A stretch of DNA of 64,000 nt, from the NCBI GenBank assembly GCA_951813605.1, contig OX638379.1, positions 684,830-748,829 of the forward strand, read 5' to 3'. A program made the translations under genes and the position numbers. The stretch comes from an uncultured Bryobacterales bacterium. Its GTDB lineage: Bacteria > Acidobacteriota > Terriglobia > Bryobacterales > UBA6623. The notes beneath the pieces were generated by a model. It did not search any database, had not been told where the DNA came from, and worked only from the letters and a program-made list of their open reading frames with translations. This document shows positions 20,667 to 29,657 of the stretch, one piece after another (position 1 is the first letter of the stretch; each line of letters begins with the position of its first letter).

Positions 20667-21191
20667 TCACTTGGAAGAGTCTCTTTTGTAGATGACCCGG
20701 GTCCTGTTGAACAGAAGGAACCCGCCCGCAGCGATCGGGGCGGCGATGCCGAGGTTCAACAAGACATGCCCGCGCGAGATCAAATCCAATGATTGTCCTC
20801 GCACCGCCGGGGCCAGGGCGTAGATCCCGAGATAGGCACCGGCCGTGGCAAGACAGCCTGACAGGCGCTTCAATATCGGTCGCCGCACCCGAACAACCGC
20901 AACCTGGTCTCGTTTGAACGTCCTGCTCACGCCGGGAGACACCATGAGCACGATGGACGTCGCATCAGCGCTTACTATCTTCCCCTTCACGGTCGCGTAC
21001 TTGCTTCTCCCGGCGGGAGGTTCCCAATCGATCTTCAGGACCGTTCGGGTCCGCTCCGGCTGCGCTACCACCCTGACCCAATCCGGCTTAGGGCCCTTCC
21101 AGATGGGTTTAAGGTCCTGGTTGCCGTCGCACAAGCCCGCTCCGCACAGCAGGGCCGGGAGTAGAATGCGGGCTCGTCCAACGACCGGCAC
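20667..21191 (-). CDS. Hypothetical exported/membrane protein
   Basis: Signal-like N-terminus, a small beta-rich segment (VKGKIVSADATSIVL) and two C-terminal hydrophobic stretches. Confidence 0.55.
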   Translation of the reverse strand: MPVVGRARILLPALLCGAGLCDGNQDLKPIWKGPKPDWVRVVAQPERTRTVLKIDWEPPAGRSKYATVKGKIVSADATSIVLMVSPGVSRTFKRDQVAVVRVRRPILKRLSGCLATAGAYLGIYALAPAVRGQSLDLISRGHVLLNLGIAAPIAAGGFLLFNRTRVIYKRDSSK

Positions 21192-21665
21192 GCGGTGTCA
21201 CCAATTGCTACAGCAACCGCTTCGCCGGGCCTGAACTTGCATTCTGAACTCAGCGGTCACTCCGGTTTGCGGACGTGTCGACGAGGTCTGGTCTTCCCAA
21301 TTGGTGGTTTCGTCGTCGCAGCGGAACTCGGACCGGCGGGGAAGATCTCGCAAAACCCTTGCTGGTACTTTCCTGCTGACATCGACCGAGCAGAATACCA
21401 CGGAAGAACTGAGATCGTGCTGGAGAGAGGGGCGGGGCACGGCGGTACAACGGGATCCGGTGCGCACCCTTCGACTTGGCCTACGGGCTATTCCTGCGTG
21501 TCCGATAATTGCCTGCCGAGAGAATCCGCGAATTACGTAGGAGCACAGAAGTCGCTGGTGGCATCCTACCGGGGTAGGGCCCGATTGGTCGAGGGCGCTA
21601 CGCTGTCGGCCCCGCACGGGCGGTCAAATGCATGACAATGGCATACCAGAAGGGGGAAACCGCTC

Positions 21666-21929
21666 ACGGCTGCGAATCAACTCGTCCAAGCCCGCATCAA
21701 CGGGTCCGTCAAGGAAGAAGCGGCCGCCGTGCTGGCCGCCACGGGCCTGACCGTTTCCGACGCGGTGCGACTGCTGCTGACCAAGGTGGCGCAGGAGAAG
21801 GCCCTTCCATTCGCTCCACTGATTCCCAACGCGGTCACCATCGAGGCGATGAAAGAATCCCGCAAGGGCAACCTGCCCCGATTCGGTAGCGTGCAGGCGC
21901 TGCTCGGCGACCTGCATGCGGGCGATTGA
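21666..21929 (+). CDS. dinJ: RelB/DinJ family antitoxin, ACG at the expected start (possibly pseudogenised)
   Basis: In-frame ACG-AANQLVQARINGSVKEEAAAVLAATGLTVSDAVRLLL..ALPF..PNAVTIEAM; purine-rich RBS upstream; overlaps yafQ. Confidence 0.85.
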   Translation, partial: TAANQLVQARINGSVKEEAAAVLAATGLTVSDAVRLLLTKVAQEKALPFAPLIPNAVTIEAMKESRKGNLPRFGSVQALLGDLHAGD

Positions 21930-22197
21930 GCGCACCAGCCAGTTCAAGCGCGATTACAAGCGCGAGTCCCTAGGGCGGCATCGGGCAGCCCTCGATGCCA
22001 GCCTGGTGCCGGTCGTCGAAGCGTTGGCCCAGGATGCTCCACTCGAGCACCGGTACCACGACCATGCGCTAAGCGGCGAGTGGGCCGATCACCGCGACTG
22101 CCATATGAAGCCGGGCCTGGTGCTGATCTACCAGAAGCCTGACGCCGGCACGCTGTGGCTGGTCCGCCTCGGGTCCCATTCCGCACTGGGGCTGTGA
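21916..22197 (+). CDS. yafQ: YafQ family mRNA interferase toxin
   Basis: TSQFKRDYK, YHDHALSGEW, RDCH..P.LVLIY, RLGSHS. Confidence 0.9.
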   Translation: MRAIERTSQFKRDYKRESLGRHRAALDASLVPVVEALAQDAPLEHRYHDHALSGEWADHRDCHMKPGLVLIYQKPDAGTLWLVRLGSHSALGL

Positions 22198-22312
22198 CTG
22201 CCCGGTAGGGTCAGGCAACGTGGATCTGGAGGTTGCGGCGGCCCCCAATTCGTCTCCGATAATTGCCGGACCGGAGCTTTCGTCGAGATGAAGCACGCTG
22301 GGCGGTGCGGCC

Positions 22313-23026
22313 CTACCGGCTGAACTCATAGTCATCGCGGTCCGGCTCGTGCCGGCGCTGCGGTGACGGCTTGCGGGCAAGCTTGGCCTCCTGGCGCCGC
22401 AGTTCGGCCTGTCTGTGGGCAAGCCCCTGCAGCCAGTTTGTGCACCATGGGTCCGGGTTGGCGACCTGCCAGCAAACCTTCCCCCGCTCCAGCCGGCATT
22501 GCTCGACAGGTCTGGGCAGGTGGAAATCGTCATGCTCGGAATTGTCGAGGAGCCGGAGCTGGTCGAATCGCTCTGCCGTGCGGCGCAGGTTGGACAGGGA
22601 GTACCTCCAGCGTTCGGGGATTCGTTGCGGGGCGACCATGCGTCCGGTGCCGGCAAACACGCGCTGCTCGATCCTGTCGATATTGATCTGCGGATCGTTG
22701 GTGCCGAAGTACACCCCCTCGACGCGGTAGCCAGCCTCGATGACGCGTTCCACGATGGCCGGTCCGGGCTGGCCGGAGTAGGTGCTTTCCGTGCCGAAGT
22801 CCAGACGCTGCCCGATCGCTTCCGCGATTTGCGCATCGACGTACACTCGCGTTCGGGCGCGGGCCTCCGGGCTGTTCCAGTCCCCGATGCCGCCAGCAAT
22901 CGAGTCCTGGTCGAAATAGCGCGTCGGCAGCAGGTCGTAGTTCTTGCGCTTCCAGGCACTCTTGCCGACGCCATTGCAACCCATCACGACGGTGAACACC
23001 GGGCGGGGGTCGGTCAATTCGGACAT
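22313..23026 (-). CDS. Zeta-toxin-like P-loop ATPase/kinase
   Basis: GCNGVGKS Walker A, FGTESTYSG, INIDRIEQRV..GR.V...I..RW..SL.NL, LLDNS. Confidence 0.8.
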   Translation of the reverse strand: MSELTDPRPVFTVVMGCNGVGKSAWKRKNYDLLPTRYFDQDSIAGGIGDWNSPEARARTRVYVDAQIAEAIGQRLDFGTESTYSGQPGPAIVERVIEAGYRVEGVYFGTNDPQINIDRIEQRVFAGTGRMVAPQRIPERWRYSLSNLRRTAERFDQLRLLDNSEHDDFHLPRPVEQCRLERGKVCWQVANPDPWCTNWLQGLAHRQAELRRQEAKLARKPSPQRRHEPDRDDYEFSR

Positions 23027-23396
23027 GCCTTCATTGTCTGGCAGAATCTGCCGCCATGCGCGGCGCTGACCTCGAGGTTCGAGCGGGCTGCGACTGGGCG
23101 TGCTCTTGCGGCAGGGGATCGCCGCGCCGGCCAAGTGACTCCAGCCCCCCTGCCAGATGTCCGATAATTCGAGCTCCTGGAAACCGTCAATCAGACGAGG
23201 TCCGCCCCACCCGATGCTGCCCCTTCAAGCCACCCTGTATCACGTCCGACAGTCGCGACGCGCACCTCAGAGCTTGGCTGGGGATTCGCGGTCTCAGCGC
23301 GCCTCTGCAGCTCGTCGTCTTCGGGCAACCGAGGTCGTCGCGATGGGTGGCGGCGGAGGCAGGCTGTTCGACGGATGCGACAGCCGTAGACTGACC

Positions 23397-23416
23397 TGTT
23401 AACCATAGCTTACACT
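23397..23416 (+). promoter_or_regulatory. Probable toxin-antitoxin autoregulatory operator and -10 box
   Basis: Imperfect palindrome TGTTAACCATAGCTTACA overlapping TACACT, 8 nt before ATG 23425. Confidence 0.5.
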
Positions 23417-23424
23417 CGGAGTCG

Positions 23425-23721
23425 ATGGTCGACGTGCTGGAAAGCGCGACATTCCGGCGCTGGATCCGGGGCCTGAGGGATCGCGCCGCGGTAGCGCGGA
23501 TCAACGCGCGTTTGCGCAACATCTCCCTCGGCAACGCCGGGGATGCTAGGGCGGTGGGCAACGGTCTGTTCGAGATGCGCGTGCACCACGGGCCCGGCTA
23601 CCGTCCCTACTGCCTGCGCGACAGAGACGCCGTCGTCGTGTTGTGCGGCGGCGACAAAGATAGCCAGCAGCGGGACATCGAACACGCCGGGTGGCTGGCT
23701 AAGCAATGGAGGCAGACATGA
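23425..23721 (+). CDS. RelE/ParE-superfamily addiction module killer protein (HI1419-like)
   Basis: F..W...LRD....ARI.ARL....GN.GD...VG.GL.EMR...GPGYR..LCGGDK.SQ..DI. Confidence 0.88.
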   Translation: MVDVLESATFRRWIRGLRDRAAVARINARLRNISLGNAGDARAVGNGLFEMRVHHGPGYRPYCLRDRDAVVVLCGGDKDSQQRDIEHAGWLAKQWRQT

Positions 23722-24002
23722 CCGAGAGATTCAGCAAATGGGACGCCGCCGAACACATGCGGACGCTCGAGGACGCACGGCTCTACGTGCAGGCATGCGC
23801 CGACGAGGATCCGGGGGACGGCAGCCTGATCCGCGCCGCCCTGAACGACGTGGCGCGTTCCGGGAACATGGCCGGTCTCGCGCGCGAGGCGGGCATGAGC
23901 CGCGAGGGCCTCTACAAGGCGTTGTCGGCGAGCGGCAATCCGACCTTCGCGACCGTCGTGCGGATCACGCGCGCGCTGGGCCTTCGTCTCCACATCGCGT
24001 GA
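23718..24002 (+). CDS. Addiction module antidote protein (HI1420-like, HTH)
   Basis: WDAAEH.....YV, AALNDVARS..MAGLAREAGMSREGLYKALS..GNP; ATGA overlap with the toxin. Confidence 0.9.
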   Translation: MTERFSKWDAAEHMRTLEDARLYVQACADEDPGDGSLIRAALNDVARSGNMAGLAREAGMSREGLYKALSASGNPTFATVVRITRALGLRLHIA

Positions 24003-24399
24003 CAGCATTCGGGGGCGACGCGCTAAGAGCGACGCGGCCTGGCCGAGATGGAGCCGCAGGCCTAGCCTGCGGTGAAGCCAGCCTCCTCGAGGACGGAGGC
24101 AGCATGATTCCGGACGCTTGACTACGCCCCCAGATCCCTGTCTGCCAGAGCCCATCCGAAGGTGAATCCCGCACGAGTCCGGCGCTCGGTGCTGAACCGG
24201 TGGCGCGCGCGAATCCACGCCCGGTTGAGAGTCCAGTTCCAGCGAATGCTGTCCCAAAGCCTCGCCACCGCTGGCCGCAGTGCCTCAGTAAGCGCTTTGC
24301 CGCATTGCCAAACCAAAGTTGCCACCGTAACTAGTGCGGCCATGTCCTGTAGATGCAATTGTCGGTCATCGTGCCAGTTTCGAAAGCACCTGCCCGACC

Positions 24400-24850
24400 C
24401 CTCGCGCCCGTCCCTGCCGCCCAGGACCGCATCGCCGCCGCCCACCGCGCTGCGAGCGTGCTTGACCCCACCGCGAGCGAAGGCGTCAGGCAGGTGATCC
24501 GGGGCCTGCGCCGCGCGGAGGCCCGCGCCCCCGAGCAGGCCGCGCCGATCACGGCGAACGCGCTGGCCGCCATCAAGGCCACCGCCGCGCTCCCGCGCAA
24601 GTCGCGCCCGTCCCGGCGCGTCGAGACGGAATAGGCCGCTGCTGCCCGCGCCGCCTTCGATGTCGCCGTGGTGTCGGTCATGCGCGACGCCCTGCTCCGG
24701 ATCAGCGAGGCCGCGGCGCTGATCTGGGCCGAGATCGCCGTGGCAGAGGACGGGACCGGGCGGCTAGCCATCGCCCGCTCCAAGACCGACCAGACCCGGG
24801 AAGGGGCCGTGCAGGCCCTCGAGGCGATCCGCCCGGAGGACGCGCTGCGC
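24400..24850 (+). pseudogene. Cre-like tyrosine recombinase remnant
   Basis: I.AAH...DPT.SE.VR..IRG..R, RDALLRISEAAAL.W and RSKTDQ..EG motifs in one frame, interrupted by TAG at 24632-24634; HxxR and Tyr region absent. Confidence 0.82.
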
Positions 24851-24909
24851 CGTGGCGAAGTTCTAGCAGCGCTGAGACCGCCACCGCTCCAGTCTATACT
24901 GGGCCCGCA

Positions 24910-25059
24910 ATTGAAGATTTCATACGCTTGCTCACCTTCGGTGCGGCGGCGCTGGTGGTCGCGTTCTACGGAGTGCTCTTCTATGCGGTGTACCGGTACT
25001 TCCGGGAGCTGCAGGGAATGCGGCGGGCGCTGGAGCGGATCGCGGAGAGGGACGCATAG
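24910..25059 (+). CDS. Small single-TM protein (~49 aa), non-ATG start
   Basis: ATT-EDFIRLLTFGAAALVVAFYGVLFYAVYRYFRELQGMRRALERIAERDA-TAG; GC3-rich codons; TATACT 9 nt upstream; alternative TTG start at 24928. Confidence 0.5.
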   Translation: MEDFIRLLTFGAAALVVAFYGVLFYAVYRYFRELQGMRRALERIAERDA

Positions 25060-25283
25060 GGTAAACTGGCGCCCGGCCAGCCGGCCCGGCCCGAACGCTC
25101 GCTTGGTGGGTCGAGCCGCCCCGCGCCGGGAAGCGACCGTGTCCCCTGAACTCAGCGGCTGCGCTGGCTGGCCTTCTCCTGTCCGGTCCGCCTGCCCGTC
25201 TTGAAGCTTGCGCCCAAGGTGCGACAGGCCGGTGGGTGCCGGAACCCGGGCCTACAGCGGCAGCGAAATTCGGTCGAAGTCTC

Positions 25284-28154
25284 TCACGGGGATTCCGTTA
25301 CCTGGACCCAGATCGGGCTGCCCCACGCCATCTCGCGGTCATCCTGCACCACGCGGACATAGTAGTACCCGCCTCCGACGGGGGGATCATTGTCCGCATA
25401 GGCGAGGCTGACCTCTTGCTGATGGGGAATTGCAGCATATACGACCTCCTCATTTCGAATCACCTCAACGCTCTCGATAGCACTTGTTCCAACGACTTTG
25501 ATATCCAAGGGCGGGATGGATCCGGTCACGAACGACTCCCCCATGAAGTGCTCGCCCATCCTGCACTCCAAGATGATGTTGTCGGTCGCCCCGTAGGTGC
25601 GACGCTTCTTTATGGCTTCGAAAATATGGTGGCGAGTCGGCGCCTCGGCATAAACCATCGCGTAAGAGATGTGCGTGGACCAGTGGTCGGAACTGGCTAT
25701 CATTCCCAGCCGGTATCCCTTGCGGTAAGCGCTCCAGAGAAATCCGTCCTCGCGATAGCCTCCGATCGGCCTGTCATCCGCAGAGCGGGGCGCGCGCGGC
25801 GCTCCGGGATGTTCGTACGAGACCCTGTCGCCTTGGAATACCTCGACCACCGGTTCCACGTCAGGTTCGTTGTCCTGCCAGTTCGTGCCCATGATGGATC
25901 CGGGCGTATGCGGAATGGAAATCCCGCCCGTGCGTCGCAATGCCTCGTATAGCAGCTTGGTGTCGTTTTCGGTCACCGTTCCACGGTTTGCGGCAACCAA
26001 CGGACGCGGTCGATCGAAGCTCGCCTGTGTGAAAAAGGACACTACAGGAACGCCGCGCCTCGTGTGAAGAACATTCCGATGCCCGTTCGGATACTCGACA
26101 CTGCGCTCGTACCCGTAGAACGTGCTGAATGCTCGGCGCACGTGGAACAGGTCGGATGACTTCTCGATGAGCCACCACCAGTATTCATCGTCCCCGCCCG
26201 CGTTGTGGTCCGTTACAGCGCCGAAATCCATTCCGGCAGCGTCAAGCATGTAGCGGTAGTAGTCGAATACCGATCCGTCCACCATTCCACCGCTCGAATC
26301 CCACGAAAACTCCGTATGGCGGTGCAGATCGCCTCGCACGATCTGGTGTTCCGAGCCTCGTATTTTGGTGCGATGCGAGCGGATCGCTGCAATCTCGGAG
26401 GCTTCTCGGGGATGCACCGGATCAACGCGTGTCGGGGCAGGGGGGCTGGCCGGTTCGAGATTCAACGAAACCGCGCGACGCTTAGGTGGGAGGTGCGCAG
26501 CGAGAATGTTCGCCGTCACCCTGCGAACCGGTCGCCTCTCCATTCGACCGTCAGTGGGCCAAACGATCCGCAGGCTGCCGTCGTCGGCGAATGCCGCGTC
26601 GGACCGAGCCGAGATGCGCCCCCAACTCTCAGGCATGGTGTGGACCGGTGACCAGTGGTCGCCTTCGAAAAAGACGACGGCGTGTTCCCAATACGTCGGG
26701 CGAAAGCCGAGACTGTCGGTCCAGCGGACGTAGTTCCAGCGGTGAAACAAGAGGGCCACGCGGCCGGTGTGTGGGTCTACATGCACCTGCGGGAAGTCGT
26801 GATCCGGGACGCCGGCAACCTCGAGCGCAGCGCGGACGTCGGCTCTTGGCGTCATCCGCCGTTCGCCGTCAAAGACGACGAGGTTGATCTTGCGCGTCTC
26901 GTAAAGGCGCGCTCCCGGAGTCGATGGCTCGTCGATCCATGAAGTCCACAGTTCTCGCCCTCGCGCGATCCACTGCGGGTCGATCGTCGGCCCGGAGTCC
27001 TTGCCCCAGTTTGCCGGACCCTCGTCCCAAGCTACCCATACGCGATCATCGAGATCGACCGCAACGGAGGCGTGCGTCTCGGACATCGGCGTGCCGGCAA
27101 CGGTTTGGACGGGACCAAGCTCGCCTGTGGAAAATTTCCGCAGGAAAACGTCGTAGTCGCCGTTACGATAGCTGTCCCAGACCACGATGGCGGTCCCGTC
27201 GCTGTCGACCGCCAATTTCGGTTCCCAGTCGTTTGCCGGATGATCGGTGACTTGGATTTGTTGGGACCACCCGTTGCCGTCGTAGTACCGCAGGAAGATT
27301 TCCGAGTTATCGTCGCGGAAGCCTTGCCAAGCCACCCACAGCCAGCCGCGCGAGTCCGCGACGAGGTGGTGGTCGATGTCGGGATTGGGATGCGAGCTCA
27401 ATCGAACAAGGGGACTCCAGCGACTTGATGCCTTGTCCAGCGCCCTCGCGAAGAGATCGAAGTTGCCGTTGCGCTGCTGTGACCAGACAACCCAAGGATT
27501 CTTGTCCCTGTCGAGCGCGACCTGAGGTCGCCAGACGTCCCCGCTCACGCCGGGAACTTGGCTGAATGTGCGCCAGGTCTCGTCGAACTTGCGAATGCGT
27601 ACCTGATCGCGCCCGCCGCTGTAGGACTGCCAGACCAGCCATGCGACATTGTTCCCCGAGACAGCGACGGATGGGTAATCGTCGTAGCGCGAATTGTCCG
27701 TTAGCATTTCCACGCCAGTCATGCCGGAGACGCGAACGTGTCCATCGACGAACTCAAGTTCGTCCTCCAGCCCTAGATCGCTTATGACAAACGAGAAATT
27801 ACCATGGTCGGTCGTCACAGTGATCTGAGCTTCCGGCTCGGCTGTCCCGCGCAAGACTAATCCCTTGCGAACTGTCTGTGGGCGAACACGATGCCTGGTG
27901 TGCAGCTCGAAGGTGTTGAGTCCGACTTGGTCTCGGTCGCTGAAGAGCCAGCCGCCGACGTGGTCGATCCGGGCGTCTTCCGCTTTTAGCGCTCCCAACC
28001 ATCGCTCCGGGCCGTCCTGAACATTCCCGAAGATGATGCTAGCGGTGAACGGCTGCGCTTGGCCGCCAACGACCGACAGCAAGCAGGCGATGGCCGGTCC
28101 GCAAAGCCAGCGCACTTCGAATCGTAGGCCATCCGACGACAACGCTCGACACAT
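25284..28154 (-). CDS. Large exported protein: beta-propeller repeats plus PHP-fold metallohydrolase (DUF3604/CehA-McbA-like)
   Basis: Repeated P.VA.D....W.VW units; GDLHRHT, DFGAVTDH, GHRNV, IPHT, ASSDH, MAWGSPIWV; start uncertain. Confidence 0.82.
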   Translation of the reverse strand: MCRALSSDGLRFEVRWLCGPAIACLLSVVGGQAQPFTASIIFGNVQDGPERWLGALKAEDARIDHVGGWLFSDRDQVGLNTFELHTRHRVRPQTVRKGLVLRGTAEPEAQITVTTDHGNFSFVISDLGLEDELEFVDGHVRVSGMTGVEMLTDNSRYDDYPSVAVSGNNVAWLVWQSYSGGRDQVRIRKFDETWRTFSQVPGVSGDVWRPQVALDRDKNPWVVWSQQRNGNFDLFARALDKASSRWSPLVRLSSHPNPDIDHHLVADSRGWLWVAWQGFRDDNSEIFLRYYDGNGWSQQIQVTDHPANDWEPKLAVDSDGTAIVVWDSYRNGDYDVFLRKFSTGELGPVQTVAGTPMSETHASVAVDLDDRVWVAWDEGPANWGKDSGPTIDPQWIARGRELWTSWIDEPSTPGARLYETRKINLVVFDGERRMTPRADVRAALEVAGVPDHDFPQVHVDPHTGRVALLFHRWNYVRWTDSLGFRPTYWEHAVVFFEGDHWSPVHTMPESWGRISARSDAAFADDGSLRIVWPTDGRMERRPVRRVTANILAAHLPPKRRAVSLNLEPASPPAPTRVDPVHPREASEIAAIRSHRTKIRGSEHQIVRGDLHRHTEFSWDSSGGMVDGSVFDYYRYMLDAAGMDFGAVTDHNAGGDDEYWWWLIEKSSDLFHVRRAFSTFYGYERSVEYPNGHRNVLHTRRGVPVVSFFTQASFDRPRPLVAANRGTVTENDTKLLYEALRRTGGISIPHTPGSIMGTNWQDNEPDVEPVVEVFQGDRVSYEHPGAPRAPRSADDRPIGGYREDGFLWSAYRKGYRLGMIASSDHWSTHISYAMVYAEAPTRHHIFEAIKKRRTYGATDNIILECRMGEHFMGESFVTGSIPPLDIKVVGTSAIESVEVIRNEEVVYAAIPHQQEVSLAYADNDPPVGGGYYYVRVVQDDREMAWGSPIWVQVTESP

Positions 28155-28239
28155 GCGGCTACGATATCGGTTCTGGCGGCGGTTCCTCGCGGTTGTGTCC
28201 CGATATTGCTGCAATTCGGCCTGAATGGAGGGCCATCTG

Positions 28240-28827
28240 ATGTATCGCTGGATCAAGAAGCTTCACATCTACTCGGGGCTGTTGAGCTTTACCGGATTCA
28301 CAGTCTGGGGAATTGTGGGAATCTGGGCGAGCTTCCTCGCGGCACCAAGTGACCGGATGCGTCGAGAACCCGAGACCCGTTCGATCGAGTTTCGAGTCGA
28401 CGGCGAGGCCACCGATCAGGAGATTACCGACGCTATGATCGTCGCTTCCGGACTGCCGTTCATCCAGCCTGGACGAAAACCGACCCGGGACGACGAGGGC
28501 CGCCTGCAGGTGCGCTACCTGACGCCCAACGGCACCCGCAGGATCCTGTTGCTAGAACAAGAAAGCCGGATTCGAATCGAGCGCAGGCCAAGCCCGCTAG
28601 GCGGTTTCCTCAACCTCATGCACATGCAGACGGTCCAGTTCCACAATCCGGGATGGGAAGTGCGGTTGTGGGGAGCGTACAACCAATTCTCGCTGTGGGC
28701 AGTGATTTTCATGACGTTCTCGGGGCTCTACATGTGGCTGGCGACACGCCCTGGCATGCATTGGGCGCTCTGGACAATAGGACTGAGCGCGGTCACCACA
28801 TTCGCCCTCTACCTAGCGTTGCGGTGA
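28240..28827 (+). CDS. PepSY-associated TM helix family membrane protein (paralog 1)
   Basis: KKLHIYSGL in TM1, second His in LMHMQ, SGLYMW motif. Confidence 0.78.
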   Translation: MYRWIKKLHIYSGLLSFTGFTVWGIVGIWASFLAAPSDRMRREPETRSIEFRVDGEATDQEITDAMIVASGLPFIQPGRKPTRDDEGRLQVRYLTPNGTRRILLLEQESRIRIERRPSPLGGFLNLMHMQTVQFHNPGWEVRLWGAYNQFSLWAVIFMTFSGLYMWLATRPGMHWALWTIGLSAVTTFALYLALR

Positions 28828-28831
28828 ATTC

Positions 28832-29413
28832 ATGTATCGCTTGATCCGGAACGTTCATCTGATTCTCGGGCTGGTGTTTGCGCTGGTGCTCGGTGTCTAC
28901 CTGCTAAGTTCGGTCCGGCTAGCCCACCGCTCTTGGTTCACGGCGACTCCTACTGTTACGGAGGAGAGCCTTCCTGTGGATCCAAGTCAAGCCGGGACGC
29001 CTCGCGCGTTGGCGCTGCACCTGATCGAAGAGTACGGACTTAGGGGGGAGATCGTACGAATCCGGCCTTCGGACGAAGGGAACTTTGTCACGGTAATCCG
29101 CCGGCTGGGTACAGGCTACCAAGTTCGCTACCAAGCGGGTGCCGAACAAGCGAATGTAAAGACGACCCGCCAGGCTTTTATCGGCATGATGCTGAGCATG
29201 CATTTCTCACACGGTTTCTGGCACGAAGTCGGATTGATCAATGTCTGGGGCGCTGTGTTGCTAGCGACCTCCATCGCGTTGTTGTTGATCGGTGCCTCCG
29301 GGATCTATCTCTGGTTCAAGACCTTCGACGAGCGCATCGTCGGTTCGGTGTTGCTCGCAGGTGGACTTCTCTTCGCTCTTGGCTTGATGGTCCTAGTCCG
29401 CATCCAAGGCTAG
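28832..29413 (+). CDS. PepSY-associated TM helix family membrane protein (paralog 2)
   Basis: RNVHLILGL, MHFSHG and SGIYLW motifs; starts 4 nt after paralog 1. Confidence 0.78.
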   Translation: MYRLIRNVHLILGLVFALVLGVYLLSSVRLAHRSWFTATPTVTEESLPVDPSQAGTPRALALHLIEEYGLRGEIVRIRPSDEGNFVTVIRRLGTGYQVRYQAGAEQANVKTTRQAFIGMMLSMHFSHGFWHEVGLINVWGAVLLATSIALLLIGASGIYLWFKTFDERIVGSVLLAGGLLFALGLMVLVRIQG

Positions 29414-29657
29414 AGGGTGCTTTGGAACTTGATGCCCACCTCGGTGCGGCGATAGAGCTTGCATGAGGTGTTCGGCGATCACGCTCGGGATTCAATCGTC
29501 GCGATCAGGCCGGTCTCGGGAAATGCCGGGCGACCGGCAAGCGGGGATGCAGTCTTCGTTTCGTTTGGCCTGAATCGATTCCTGGCGGAGCGCGAGATGC
29601 AACGGCCCGAATCGGTCCAGCGTCGCACGCTCGGAGCGGACCTTCCGGCGCTATGCT

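Larger units (their letters stand above)
21600..24900. mobile_element. Decayed integrative or plasmid-derived island (two TA pairs, zeta-like ATPase, integrase remnant)
   Basis: Gene content; ends approximate, no att sites identified. Confidence 0.6.

Noticed and set aside
21632-21889. 85-aa ATG ORF upstream of yafQ as the antitoxin
   Set aside because: The DinJ-like sequence is in a different frame (21666-21929)
24632-24634. In-frame TAG in the integrase as pyrrolysine or programmed readthrough
   Set aside because: The gene is also truncated and lacks its catalytic C-terminus, so ordinary decay is the simpler explanation
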